Shown here piece after piece: positions 9,107 through 18,896 of a stretch of 64,000 nt of DNA. The notes beneath the pieces are model-generated. The model was not told the DNA's origin. It saw only the letters and a list, made by a program, of their open reading frames with translations, and ran no database searches. Position numbers and translations under genes: made by a program. The DNA is from Myxococcota bacterium (GTDB lineage: Bacteria; Myxococcota_A; UBA9160; UBA6930), in the NCBI GenBank assembly GCA_965223415.1, contig OZ245002.1, forward strand, positions 896,001-960,000. Reading direction: 5' to 3'. How positions within the stretch are numbered: position 1 is the stretch's first letter; each line of letters begins with the position of its first letter.

Positions 9107-10162
9107 CTACGGTGTGAGCACCACCTTGAGGACGTCTTCCTCCCGGGCGGCGAAGATCTCGTAGCCCTTCACGCCGTCGGCGAGGGACATGCGGTGGGTG
9201 ATGATCTCGGTGGGGTCGAGGCGCCCCTGCTCGATCAGCGGCATCAGGCTGCCCACGTGGTTCTGGGGCATGACGATGCCCGCGCGAAAGGTCAGGTTCT
9301 TCGCCATCACGCCGCTCATGATCGGGATCGGCACCTCGTTGGCGGTGATCACGCCGATCACCGAGACGCGGCCGCCGGGACGCACCACGTCGATCGCGTC
9401 GCGAACGAGCTCCGGGACGCCGATCGCCTCGACGGCGCAGTCGGCGCCCTCGCCGCGGGTCAGCTCCATCACCCGCTCCCGGAGGTCCTCGACGCCCGGG
9501 TCGAGGGCGATGCAGCCGCACTCGCGGGCGCGCTCCAGCCGGTCGCGGTTGAGATCGACGGCGATCACCTGGGCGGCACCGCGGATCTGGGAGGCGCGCT
9601 GGGCGAAGGTGCCGACCGGGCCACAGCCGAAGACGACGACGGTGTCGCCCGGGCCCACCTCGGCCAGCTCGGCGCCCATCGTTCCGGTGGGAAGGATGTC
9701 GGTCAGGAAGAGCGCCTGCTCCAGGGCGAGGCCCTCCGGCACCTTGAAGAGGTTGGTATCGGCGAAGGGCACCCGCGCGCCTTCGGCCTGGCCGCCGGGC
9801 AGCAGCGGGTTGCCGAACACGTTCGTGTAGGCACCCGCGGCTGCGAGGCTCCGGCAGCCGCTGTAGAGCTGTCGCTGGCAGAAGCTGCAGTGCCCGCAGC
9901 CTGCGGTGCACGACACCACGACCCGGTCGCCGGGCTGGAAGCGACCGACCGCGCTGCCCACGGCCTCGACCACACCACCGAACTCGTGGCCCAGCGTGAA
10001 GCCGGTGACGGGCAGCGGATCGCCGTGCCACAGGTGCAGGTCCGAGCCGCAGATGGCCGTCTTCTCGATCCGGACGACGGCGTCGTGCTCGTGCTGGATC
10101 CCGGGATCCGGCACGTCGTCGACGCGGAAGTCCTCCTTGCCGTGGTAGACGATGCCCTTCAC
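9107..10162 (-). CDS. zinc-dependent alcohol dehydrogenase (MDR, formaldehyde dehydrogenase-like)
   Basis: CGSDLH, GHEFGG, CGHCSFC..C, TDILPTG, GCGPVG; GTG start with GGAGG RBS. Confidence 0.92.
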   Translation of the reverse strand: MKGIVYHGKEDFRVDDVPDPGIQHEHDAVVRIEKTAICGSDLHLWHGDPLPVTGFTLGHEFGGVVEAVGSAVGRFQPGDRVVVSCTAGCGHCSFCQRQLYSGCRSLAAAGAYTNVFGNPLLPGGQAEGARVPFADTNLFKVPEGLALEQALFLTDILPTGTMGAELAEVGPGDTVVVFGCGPVGTFAQRASQIRGAAQVIAVDLNRDRLERARECGCIALDPGVEDLRERVMELTRGEGADCAVEAIGVPELVRDAIDVVRPGGRVSVIGVITANEVPIPIMSGVMAKNLTFRAGIVMPQNHVGSLMPLIEQGRLDPTEIITHRMSLADGVKGYEIFAAREEDVLKVVLTP

Positions 10163-10223
10163 GTGCTTCCTCCCGGTGGCGGCGGACGGCAGGGTAGCCC
10201 GAATTTGCGTACTCTCCGGCCCC

Positions 10224-11705
10224 ATGCCCGAGCCCCTCCCCCCGCGAACCCCGGTCCTGGTCGGCGTGGCGCAGCTCGAGCAGCGCACCGACGACTTCGA
10301 GAACGCGAGCGAGCCCCTCGAGCTGATGGTGGAGGCGGTTCGCGCGGCGGCCGAGGACGCCGGCTGCGGCAAGCTGCTGGAGCGCGCCGACGCGGTGAGG
10401 GTGATCCGGGGCGTCTGGCGCTACGGAGACCCGGGGCGGGCGGTCGCCCAGCGCGTCGGATGCCCGGGCTCGCGCACGGCCATCACTCCTTTCGGCGGCA
10501 ACTTCGTCCAGACGACCCTGAACCGCACCGCCCTCGACATCCAGGCCGGGCGCGTCGACGTGGCCATCCTCACCGGCGCCGAGTGCGGCAAGCGCTACGC
10601 GCTGGCCAAGAAGGCCGGCGTGAAGCTCGGCTGGGCCGCCGCGCCGGGCGAGCCCGACGAGCAGATCGGCAAGGACCTGCCGATGGTCCACGACGCGGAG
10701 CTCGCCCGCGGCATCCGCGCGCCCATCCAGATGTACCCGATCTTCGAGAACGCGCTCCGCCACGCCCGGGGCGAGGGCGTGGAGGAGCACACCCGGCGGG
10801 TCTCGGAGCTCTGGGCCGGCTTCAACGCCGTCGCGACCCGCAATCCCCACGCGTGGATCCGCGAGGCGCTCTCCGCCGAGGAGATCCGCACCCCTTCGGC
10901 GACCAACCGGATGATCGGCTTCCCCTACCCGAAGCTGATGAACTCGAACAGCCGCGTGGACCAGGCCGCCGCGCTGATCCTCTGCTCCCTCGAGACGGCG
11001 CGCAGCCTCGGCATCGCCGAGGACCGCTTCGTCTTCCCCTGGGTCGGCACCGACGCCCACGACACCCCGGCGGTCTCGAACCGCCACGAACTCCACCGCT
11101 CGCCGGCCATCCGGCTCGCCGGCGGGCGCGCTCTCGAGCTGGCCGGCCTGGAGGTGGACGACCTCGACCACGTCGACGTGTACAGCTGCTTCCCCTCGGC
11201 GGTCCAGGTCTCGGCCGGCGAGATCGGGCTGCCCCTGGACCGCCCGCTCACGGTGACCGGCGGCCTCACCTTCGGCGGCGGTCCGATGAACAACTACGTG
11301 ATGCACGGCATCGCGAGGATGGCGGAGGTGCTGCGGGAATCGCCCGGCGCCCGGGGGCTCTGCACGGGCAACGGCGGCTACCTCACCAAGCACGCCTTCG
11401 GCGTCTACTCGACCGAGCCCCCCGCCGAGCCCTACCGGCACGAGGACCTCCAGCCCGAGGTCGACGCGCTGCCCGGCCGTGAGGCCGTGGTGGACTGGGA
11501 CGGCGAAGCCACCATCGAGGGCTACACCGTGATGTTCGACGGCGAAGGAGCCGCCGTCGGCCACACCGCCTGCCGACTCGCCGACGGGCGCCGCACCTGG
11601 GCCAACATCGACGATCGCGACACCGCGGCGGCGATGACGCGGGAGGAGTTCTGCGGACGAACGGGACGGATCGACGGCGCCGGCCGTCTGACCGTCACCG
11701 GCTAG
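10224..11705 (+). CDS. thiolase-like (acetyl-CoA acetyltransferase family) protein with C-terminal extension
   Basis: PVLVGVAQ, GGNFVQ, VDQAAA, DVYSCFP, TVTGGLTFGGGPMNNY, NGGYLTKHA. Confidence 0.85.
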   Translation: MPEPLPPRTPVLVGVAQLEQRTDDFENASEPLELMVEAVRAAAEDAGCGKLLERADAVRVIRGVWRYGDPGRAVAQRVGCPGSRTAITPFGGNFVQTTLNRTALDIQAGRVDVAILTGAECGKRYALAKKAGVKLGWAAAPGEPDEQIGKDLPMVHDAELARGIRAPIQMYPIFENALRHARGEGVEEHTRRVSELWAGFNAVATRNPHAWIREALSAEEIRTPSATNRMIGFPYPKLMNSNSRVDQAAALILCSLETARSLGIAEDRFVFPWVGTDAHDTPAVSNRHELHRSPAIRLAGGRALELAGLEVDDLDHVDVYSCFPSAVQVSAGEIGLPLDRPLTVTGGLTFGGGPMNNYVMHGIARMAEVLRESPGARGLCTGNGGYLTKHAFGVYSTEPPAEPYRHEDLQPEVDALPGREAVVDWDGEATIEGYTVMFDGEGAAVGHTACRLADGRRTWANIDDRDTAAAMTREEFCGRTGRIDGAGRLTVTG

Positions 11706-11715
11706 AGGAGACGAC

Positions 11716-12591
11716 ATGGAGCTGGGTCCGCTCGGCGTCTGGTACTTCACGGAAACGATGACCTCGCCCCAGGCGGCGGACTTTGCGGGGCGGCTCGAGA
11801 GCCTGGGCTACGCGGCCCTGTGGATCCCGGAGACGATGGGCCGCAACCCCTTCGCCCACGCCGCCTATCTCTTCACCCAGACCGAGCGTCTCGTCGTGGC
11901 CACGGGCATCGCCAACATCTACCACCGGCACCCGGGCATGACGAAGCAGTCCCAGATGACGCTGGCCGAGCAGTCCGGCGGGCGCTTCCTGCTGGGCATC
12001 GGCGTGTCCCACGCGCCGCTGGTGAGCGGCGCCCGGGGCCTCGAGTACGGCAAGCCCGTCGCGACCATGCGCACCTACCTGGAGGGCATGGAAGCCTCGC
12101 CCTACAGCGCGGTACCGCCGGCGGAGACACCCAAGACCGTGCTGGCGGCCCTCGGCCCGAAGATGCTCGCCCTCTCGGCGGAGAAGGCCGACGGCGCCCA
12201 CCCGTACTGGACCACGCCGGAGCACACCGCCCAGGCCCGGGAAATCCTCGGGCCGGACAAGCTGCTCTGCGTCGAGCAGAAGATCTGCCTGGAGACCGAC
12301 CCGTCGAAGGCGCGGGAGGCCGGACGGGCCGCCCTTGCCATGTACGCCGGCCTGCCCAACTACGCGAACAACTGGAAGCGCCTGGGCTTCAGCGACGACG
12401 ACATCGCGAACGGCGGGAGCGACAAGCTGATCGACGGCCTCGTCGCATGGGGCGACGAGAAGGCAATCGCCGACCGCGTGCAGGCCCACCGCGACGCGGG
12501 CGCCGACCACGTCTGCATCCAGCCGCTCAAGGCCGGCGGCGGAGTGGGCGAGGTGGACTGGAACGCTCTCGAGGTCCTCGCGCCGCGGTGA
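11716..12591 (+). CDS. LLM-class oxidoreductase, probably F420-dependent (MSMEG_4141-like)
   Basis: ALWIPE, ATGIANIY, LGIGVSH, LAALGPKML, GAHPY, GADHVCIQ. Confidence 0.85.
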   Translation: MELGPLGVWYFTETMTSPQAADFAGRLESLGYAALWIPETMGRNPFAHAAYLFTQTERLVVATGIANIYHRHPGMTKQSQMTLAEQSGGRFLLGIGVSHAPLVSGARGLEYGKPVATMRTYLEGMEASPYSAVPPAETPKTVLAALGPKMLALSAEKADGAHPYWTTPEHTAQAREILGPDKLLCVEQKICLETDPSKAREAGRAALAMYAGLPNYANNWKRLGFSDDDIANGGSDKLIDGLVAWGDEKAIADRVQAHRDAGADHVCIQPLKAGGGVGEVDWNALEVLAPR

Positions 12592-13193
12592 TCGTGGTCG
12601 GGCTCACGGGAGGCCTCGCTTCGGGCAAGTCGACGGTGGCGCGCCTGCTCGCGGCGCGCGGAGCCCGGGTGATCGACGCGGACGTGCTCGGGCACCGAGC
12701 CTACGAGCCGGGCACCGACGCCCACGTCGCCGTGGCCGAGGCCTTCGGTGCCGACGTGGTGGGCGACGGCGGCCGCATCGACCGCAAGGCCCTCGGCGCC
12801 AAGGTGTTCGGCCGGCCGGAGGAGCTCGACCGCCTGACTGGCATCGTGTGGCCGGAGATCCGCCGGCTGGCCCGGGAGGAGATGGGCCGGCTCGGCGCCG
12901 AGGATCCGAATGCGGTCGTCGTGCTGGAGGCGGCGGTGCTGCTGGAAGCGGGCTGGGAGGATCTGGTCGATGAGATCTGGGTCGTGCGGGTGGACCGCGA
13001 GACCGCCGTCGCTCGCGCGGTTGCCCGCGGCGGCCTCGACGCGGACGCGGCAGCCGCCCGCATCGACGCCCAGCTCGGCGACGGCGAGCGCGGCGCCCGG
13101 GCCGACGTGGTCATCGACAACGACGGTGACGAGGCGCTCCTCGAGACCCGGGTCGACCAGGCCTGGCAGGCGCTCCGGGAGCGCGCCGCGTGA
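12588..13193 (+). CDS. coaE: dephospho-CoA kinase
   Basis: VGLTGGLASGKSTV, IDADVLGH, IDRKALG, ADVVIDN; GTGA coupling to upstream gene. Confidence 0.92.
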   Translation: MIVVGLTGGLASGKSTVARLLAARGARVIDADVLGHRAYEPGTDAHVAVAEAFGADVVGDGGRIDRKALGAKVFGRPEELDRLTGIVWPEIRRLAREEMGRLGAEDPNAVVVLEAAVLLEAGWEDLVDEIWVVRVDRETAVARAVARGGLDADAAAARIDAQLGDGERGARADVVIDNDGDEALLETRVDQAWQALRERAA

Positions 13194-13825
13194 TCCTCGA
13201 CCTCCACAGCCATTCGATCGCCTCGGACGACGGCCGCGCCAAGGTCGAGAACTACTGCCAGTGGATCCGCAAGAAGGAGGTGCCCATCGACGGGTTCGTC
13301 CTGACCGAGCACAGGCAATTCGATTTCGCGTCGGACTACGCTCCGCTGGCGGCGGAGTTCGACCTGACCATCCTCAAGGGCAGCGAGGTCGAGACGGACT
13401 ACGGCCACGTGCTGGTCTTCGGCGTCACACCGGAGCTGGTGGACGCCTTCGACTTCGCGGCCATCCGGCTCCCGCTCTCGCAGGTGCTCGGAGCGGCCGA
13501 CCGTCACGGGGCGGTCGCCGTGCCCTGCCATCCGGGTCGCACCCGCGTCGGCATGTGCGCCCACGTGGAAGAGCGGGGCGCCGTCCCGGGCGTGCGCATC
13601 GTCGAGATCTACAACGGCGGAAGCCGCGGAAGCGAGGACGAGGCCGCTCTCGCCCTCGCCGAGCAGCAGGGCTACCTGGGCATCGGCGGCAGCGACGCCC
13701 ACATCGTGAGCCACATCGGCCGCTGCGCCACCGGCTTCCCGGCCCCGGTGGACGACGAGGCCGCCCTGGTGGAAGCTCTCCGCGCGGGAGACTTCGAGGC
13801 GATCACGTGGAAATCGACGAGCTGA
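13190..13825 (+). CDS. PHP domain metal-dependent phosphoesterase
   Basis: DLHSHS, TEH, CHP, GGSDAH motifs. Confidence 0.85.
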   Translation: MILDLHSHSIASDDGRAKVENYCQWIRKKEVPIDGFVLTEHRQFDFASDYAPLAAEFDLTILKGSEVETDYGHVLVFGVTPELVDAFDFAAIRLPLSQVLGAADRHGAVAVPCHPGRTRVGMCAHVEERGAVPGVRIVEIYNGGSRGSEDEAALALAEQQGYLGIGGSDAHIVSHIGRCATGFPAPVDDEAALVEALRAGDFEAITWKSTS

Positions 13826-14241
13826 AGCGCGACTGGCTGAACCAGGACTTCGACGAGCGGGAGTTCGAGGTGAGGGCGAAGGAGATGGTGAGCTTCGCCG
13901 CCGCGGCGGGCGAGACCGCGCCCCGCTTCCTCGACCCGGACGATCCCGACTTCCAGGCGCCGCCCACCTTCTCGGCTCGCTTCCACGGCCGAAGGCTCCT
14001 GCCCGAAGAGTTCCCGCAGATCGGCTTGCCCCTGGACGCCGGCAAGGCCGTGCTTCCGAGGCGGCCGCTCCGGGCCGGTGCCCGCCTCGTCGGCCGGAGC
14101 CACCTCCACGACATCTACGAGAAGACCGGCCGCTCCGGCCGCATGATCTTCCTGGTGAGTCGCATGGAGCTCTACGAGGGCGAGGCGCTGGTGTCGATCG
14201 TCGATTCGCGCATGGTGATCCGGGAGCGGCCGACCGAATGA
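13807..14241 (+). CDS. MaoC-like/FAS1-type dehydratase N-terminal hot-dog subunit
   Basis: FAAAAGE.., APPTF, LDAGK, DIYEKTGRSG.MIF. Confidence 0.75.
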   Translation: MEIDELKRDWLNQDFDEREFEVRAKEMVSFAAAAGETAPRFLDPDDPDFQAPPTFSARFHGRRLLPEEFPQIGLPLDAGKAVLPRRPLRAGARLVGRSHLHDIYEKTGRSGRMIFLVSRMELYEGEALVSIVDSRMVIRERPTE

Positions 14242-14648
14242 GCGCCCTCTCCTTCTCCGACGTCGAGTTCGGTGAGGAGCTGCCCGGCTTCGCGCCGGAC
14301 ACGAGCCTCGCCAATGTCACGAAGTTCGCCCGGGCGGCCGCCATGCCCGCCGGCCGCTTCACCGACCACGAGGAGGCCCGCAAGGAGGGCCTGCCCGGCG
14401 CCATCGTCCCCGGCATCATGAGCCAGGCGATCCTCGCCGCCCTGATCCACCGCTGGGCGCCGAACGCGGAGGTCGAGAAGATCGACACCGTCTTCCGGGC
14501 TCCGGTGATGGTGGACCAGTCGCACACGGTCACGGGCGTGGTCACCGATCTGGACGAGGACGAGCGCCGCATCGAGATCGACCTCACCCTTCAGAACGAG
14601 GCGGGGGAGACGCGCGTGATGGGGACGGCGACGATTCGGCTGCCCTAG
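14238..14648 (+). CDS. MaoC family dehydratase
   Basis: ARKEGLPGAIVPG, FRAPV, hot-dog pattern; ATGA coupling. Confidence 0.8.
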   Translation: MSALSFSDVEFGEELPGFAPDTSLANVTKFARAAAMPAGRFTDHEEARKEGLPGAIVPGIMSQAILAALIHRWAPNAEVEKIDTVFRAPVMVDQSHTVTGVVTDLDEDERRIEIDLTLQNEAGETRVMGTATIRLP

Positions 14649-14663
14649 CGAACGGAGCGGCGA

Positions 14664-15080
14664 ATGAACGACAGGACGACCGGTGACGTTCGCTGGAGCC
14701 TCTGGGCGGTCGGTATCATCGCAGTGGTCTGGAATGCGATGGGATGCATCAACTTCCTGTCGCAGATGGACGCCGAGGCGGTGGCGGCGATGCCCGAGGC
14801 GTATCGCACCCTCGTGGAGGGTCGACCCGCTTGGGCCACGGTGGCCTTTGCCGTCGCGGTCTTCGGCGGCGTGGCGGGCGGCGTGCTCCTGCTGCTGAAG
14901 AGCTCGGCGGCCTACCCGGTGTTCGTCGCGTCGCTGCTGGGCGCTGTCGGGGCGCAGCTGCCCCTCCTCGGCATGGCCGACTTCCCCGTCGACGCCGTGG
15001 TCGGCGGCCTGATGCAGGTTGTGGTGGGAGCCTTCCTCGTCGGGTACTCGCGACACCGCGCCCGGGGATCCGGCTCCTAG
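14664..15080 (+). CDS. small hypothetical membrane protein
   Basis: Several hydrophobic segments; WNAMGC..F, RPAWAT.AFA.AVFGG. Confidence 0.7.
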   Translation: MNDRTTGDVRWSLWAVGIIAVVWNAMGCINFLSQMDAEAVAAMPEAYRTLVEGRPAWATVAFAVAVFGGVAGGVLLLLKSSAAYPVFVASLLGAVGAQLPLLGMADFPVDAVVGGLMQVVVGAFLVGYSRHRARGSGS

Positions 15081-16129
15081 CCGAGCTTCGGCAGCACCTC
15101 CGCCGCCAGCATCTCCATGGACTCGAACACGTGCTCCTGGGGCAGCGTTCCGTGGTCGACGTGGAAGAGCTGACGATCGAGACCGACGGCCTCCCGGAAG
15201 CCTGCCAGGCGATCCAGCACCTGCTGGGGGCTGCCCGCGACGGCGGGGCCGGTCGTGATCGACGCGTCGAAGTCCGCCGGCGCGATGCGCGGCGGCTCGG
15301 CGCCGGGCGGCAGCACGGGAGCCAGGCCCCAGGGGAGGAGCGACTGGCCGACCCACTCGAAGTAGGCGAGGTGCCGGGGAGCGAAGCGCTCGCGGACGGT
15401 ATCGAGGTCCTTCGCACAGTGGGTGTGGGAGAGGGCGCCGACCAGGGGGCCTCCGTGGCCACGATCCCGGAAGCGCTCGCGGTACTGCTCGACCATCGGG
15501 GCGAAGTGGGGCGGGGGCATGATCACGCTGGGCAGCATGATCGGAAGGCCCAGCTCCGCGGCGAGGAGGACCGACTCCTCGGTGAAGCCGCCGCCGACCC
15601 AGAGCGGAGGATGGGGCTGCTGCGCCGGGCGCGGCTGCGCCGTGAAGCCCTCGAGGGGGCTGCGCAGCTCGCCCTGCCAGTGCACGTCCTCCTCGCTCCA
15701 CAGGCGGAGGACCAGCTCGATCTTCTCCGCGAAGAGCGCTCGGGACTGCGCGTAGTCATAGCCGAGATCGCCGTAGGTGCGGGCGAGGATGCCGCGGGAG
15801 ACAATCACTTCGGCGCGACCGTTCGAGAGCACGTCGACGGTGGCGTAGTCCTCGGCGAACTTCACCGGGTCGTGCACGGGGAGGAGCGCCGTCGCCGTGC
15901 TCAGCAGGATGCGTTCGGTGCGCATGGCCGCCGCGCCGAGGACGACGGACGGAGTAGAGGTGATGTAGTCGCAGCCGTGGTGCTCGCCGACGTGGAAGGA
16001 ATCGAAGCCCAACGCTTCGGCCTTCTCTGCCAGCTCGATCACCTCCCGGTGGTGCTCCACGGCCGTCCGCAGCCGTCCGGTGAGGGGATCGGGGCGGTTG
16101 TCCCCGAGCGAGATGATCCCGAACCTCAT
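15077..16129 (-). CDS. LLM-class flavin-dependent oxidoreductase
   Basis: GFDSFHVGEHH, HDPVKFAEDYATVDVLSNGR, PRPAQQPHPPLW. Confidence 0.92.
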   Translation of the reverse strand: MRFGIISLGDNRPDPLTGRLRTAVEHHREVIELAEKAEALGFDSFHVGEHHGCDYITSTPSVVLGAAAMRTERILLSTATALLPVHDPVKFAEDYATVDVLSNGRAEVIVSRGILARTYGDLGYDYAQSRALFAEKIELVLRLWSEEDVHWQGELRSPLEGFTAQPRPAQQPHPPLWVGGGFTEESVLLAAELGLPIMLPSVIMPPPHFAPMVEQYRERFRDRGHGGPLVGALSHTHCAKDLDTVRERFAPRHLAYFEWVGQSLLPWGLAPVLPPGAEPPRIAPADFDASITTGPAVAGSPQQVLDRLAGFREAVGLDRQLFHVDHGTLPQEHVFESMEMLAAEVLPKLG

Positions 16130-16201
16130 TGGGCCCTCCGTCGGACGAGGAGTCTACACCGCGGGCTCGCCTGGCCGCTGGGAACGTGCGACGGTGTGGA
16201 C

Positions 16202-17365
16202 ATGGATCGCGAAACCCTGATCGAGCGTGCCCGTGCCCTCGTTCCCGTCCTCGCCGAACGTGCCCAGCACTGCGAGGAGCTGCGGCGCCTCCCCGACGAG
16301 AGCGTGCGCGACTTCGAGGAAGCGGGCTTCTATCGCATCCTCCAGCCCGCCAAGTACGGCGGCTATGAGCTGCCGCCGATGGCGCTCTTCGAAGTCGTCA
16401 TCGAGTTGGCCCGCGGTTGCCCGTCGAGCGCCTGGTGCCTCGGGCTCGTGGCGCTCCACAACTGGGAGGTCGGGCTGCTCGATCCCCGGGCGGCGGAAGA
16501 TCTCTGGGGCCAGGACCCGAACGCCCGCTACTCGTCTTCCTACGCCGCCATGGGCCAGGTGGAGATGGTGGACGGCGGCTACCGGCTCTCGGGGCGCTGG
16601 GCCTTCTCGAGCGGCTGCGACCACTGCGGCTGGGTGATGGTCGGCGCCTCCGGCGCCGAGCGGAACGGCATGCCGGACCCGATCTCCCTGCTCGTCCCGC
16701 GGCCGGACTACGAGATCGTCGATACCTGGCACGTGGCCGGGCTGAAGGGCACCGGCAGCAAGGACATCGCCATCGGGGACGCCTTCGTCCCGGACTACCG
16801 GGTCCACCACCTGGCCGACAGCTTCGTGATGAACGATCCGGGCCGCGAGACCTTCACGGCACGGAGCTACCAGTACCCCTTCGGCATCGTGTTCGGGATG
16901 TGCCTCACCTCGGTGACCGTGGGGATCGCCGAGGCGGCCCACGACGCCTGCGCGGAGCTCCTGGGCCGCCGGCTCAATGCCCTCGACGGGACGCCGGTCG
17001 CGGAGGATCCCCTGAACCGCAAGCGGCTCGCCGAGACCCACGCCCGGCTCGCGGGCAATCGCCTGCGCTTCGACCAGACCTTCGAGCGCATGGACGCCCA
17101 CCTCGACCGGGGCGAGCCGATTCCCATCGCCCTGCGCGCCGAGCTGCACTGGAACCTGCAGGAGATCGCCCAGAGCAACGCGGAGCTGGTGACCACCTGC
17201 TTCAAGCTCTCCGGCGGCGGCGGCCTCCGCCTCGACAGCCCGATGCAGCGCTACTGGCGCGACGTCCACGCCGCGACCCAGCACGCCTTCCTCAACGCGG
17301 ACAAGGGGGCCGTGAACTTCGGCGGCGTGCAGGTGGGCGCCGAGAACCAGTTCTTCGTTCTCTAG
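16202..17365 (+). CDS. two-component flavin-dependent monooxygenase, oxygenase subunit (HsaA-like, acyl-CoA dehydrogenase fold)
   Basis: LQPAKYGG, CPSSAW, WAFSSGCDH, DTWHVAGLKGTGS, QRYWRDVHA..QH. Confidence 0.85.
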   Translation: MDRETLIERARALVPVLAERAQHCEELRRLPDESVRDFEEAGFYRILQPAKYGGYELPPMALFEVVIELARGCPSSAWCLGLVALHNWEVGLLDPRAAEDLWGQDPNARYSSSYAAMGQVEMVDGGYRLSGRWAFSSGCDHCGWVMVGASGAERNGMPDPISLLVPRPDYEIVDTWHVAGLKGTGSKDIAIGDAFVPDYRVHHLADSFVMNDPGRETFTARSYQYPFGIVFGMCLTSVTVGIAEAAHDACAELLGRRLNALDGTPVAEDPLNRKRLAETHARLAGNRLRFDQTFERMDAHLDRGEPIPIALRAELHWNLQEIAQSNAELVTTCFKLSGGGGLRLDSPMQRYWRDVHAATQHAFLNADKGAVNFGGVQVGAENQFFVL

Positions 17366-18201
17366 CTCGGTGAGAGGCCGCAGGCCTCCTCGCTCCACGC
17401 CCATAGCCGCGCCGCGAGCGCTTCGTCCCGGGCGTCCGCCGAGGGCGTCGACTCCTTCGTCTCCTTCCAGTAGCGGCCGCTGGCCTCCGCCAGCTCCGGA
17501 TCTGCGGCGAGCATCACCGGCCCCCTGGCGCCCTCCTCGACGCCCTTGAACATCAGGCCCACGGCCTTGCGCGCGATCCAGGGCAGGTCGCGGGTGATGT
17601 CGGTGGCGATGCCGCCGGGATGGACCGCGTTGGAGGTGACGCCGCTCCCCTCGAGGCGCCGGGCCAGCTCGTTCGAGAACAGCAGGTTTCCGAGCTTGCT
17701 CTGGTTGTAGGCGGCGCTGGCCTTGTAGGGCCTCTCACCGCGGAAGCTCTCGAAGTCGATGCTGCCCTTGGCATGGAGCATCGAGGTGAGATGGACGATG
17801 CGGACTGGGGCGCTGGCCCGAAGCTTGTCGAGCAGGAGCCGCGTGAGCAGGTAGGGCCCCAGGTAGTTCACGCCCCACTGGGACTCGAAGCCGTCCTCGG
17901 TCAGGACGCGCTTCTGGGGGAAGATGCCGGCGTTGTTCACGAGCACGTCGATGCGCGGGAGATCGGCACCGGCCTTGTCCGCGAAGGCGCGGACCCCGGC
18001 CAGGGAGGCGAGATCCAGCTCGCGGACCTCGAGCTGGCCACGGCCGCCGGTCTCCGCCTCGATCTCCGCCCGCGCCGCTTCCCCGCGCGAGGCGCTGCGG
18101 CACGCCATCACGACCCGCGCGCCGCGCTTCGCCAGCTCGAGGGTGGTCTGCTTGCCGATCCCCGTGTTGGCGCCAGTGAGCACCACGACCTTGCCGTCCA
18201 T
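17362..18201 (-). CDS. SDR oxidoreductase (retinol dehydrogenase-like)
   Basis: TGANTGIG, LDLASL, VNNAG, YNQSK, VHPG. Confidence 0.92.
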   Translation of the reverse strand: MDGKVVVLTGANTGIGKQTTLELAKRGARVVMACRSASRGEAARAEIEAETGGRGQLEVRELDLASLAGVRAFADKAGADLPRIDVLVNNAGIFPQKRVLTEDGFESQWGVNYLGPYLLTRLLLDKLRASAPVRIVHLTSMLHAKGSIDFESFRGERPYKASAAYNQSKLGNLLFSNELARRLEGSGVTSNAVHPGGIATDITRDLPWIARKAVGLMFKGVEEGARGPVMLAADPELAEASGRYWKETKESTPSADARDEALAARLWAWSEEACGLSPS

Positions 18202-18830
18202 CACAGGTTCTCCCTGTAGTCGGCCTCGATGCCCTCGTCGATGGCCTTCGCGGCCTCCTCGTCGGCACCGAGCCTTCGGGCGAACATCTCGCCGAAGGAG
18301 ATCCGCTTCCGCTCGGGCCAGCTGTCGGCCTTCCACAGCTTCGAGCGGATGAAGGCCTTCGCGCAGTGAAAGAAGCACTCGTCGACCCGGACGCGGATGG
18401 CCAGCACGGCCGGCTTGCCGCGAGCGGCGAGCCGCTCGAGGAGCGCGGGCTCCCGGGTCAGCTCGGCGGTGCCGTTCACCCGCAGCGTCTCCGGCGTTCC
18501 CGGGATCAGGAAGAGGAGACCCACCCGGGGGTTGGCCAGCAGGTTCAGGTGACCGTAGGCGAGCTTGTTCCCCGGCCGGTCGGGGATGACGAGGGTCTTC
18601 TCGTCGAGGACGCGCACGAAGCCTGCCGCATCGCCCTTGGGCGAGGCGTCGAGGTTGCCCTCGGTGTCCGCGGTCGAGAGCACGAGGAAGGGGGAGCGCG
18701 CGATGAAGTCACGGGCGAACTCGTCCAGCTCCGCCTGGTTCTTCAGGTCGAGCCCGGGCACGGGTGCGCCGACGATCTCGCGGAGCTCCTGGGCGGTGTG
18801 CACGACGTGGGGGTCGCGGGGCGGGACCAT
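18201..18830 (-). CDS. pyridoxamine 5'-phosphate oxidase-type flavoprotein (MSMEG_1061-like)
   Basis: DASPKGD..GFV, IPDRPGN, GLLFLIPG..ETLRVNG, FFHCAKAF.RS.LW. Confidence 0.88.
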   Translation of the reverse strand: MVPPRDPHVVHTAQELREIVGAPVPGLDLKNQAELDEFARDFIARSPFLVLSTADTEGNLDASPKGDAAGFVRVLDEKTLVIPDRPGNKLAYGHLNLLANPRVGLLFLIPGTPETLRVNGTAELTREPALLERLAARGKPAVLAIRVRVDECFFHCAKAFIRSKLWKADSWPERKRISFGEMFARRLGADEEAAKAIDEGIEADYRENL

Positions 18831-18896
18831 GGGAACCTCCAGCTTTGGGGGGGAGAGCAGACTAGCCGATTCGGGTCCCGCTATGGTCTCGGGTCC

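Noticed and set aside
8307..11750. 1147-aa ORF suggesting a giant SDR fusion
   Set aside because: Only the last 263 aa (from ATG 9098) are SDR; the rest overlaps the ADH and thiolase-like genes in other frames
14645..15080. Membrane protein gene flanked by CTAG on both sides, as if inserted
   Set aside because: Both CTAGs are simply TAG stops; no terminal repeats or transposase
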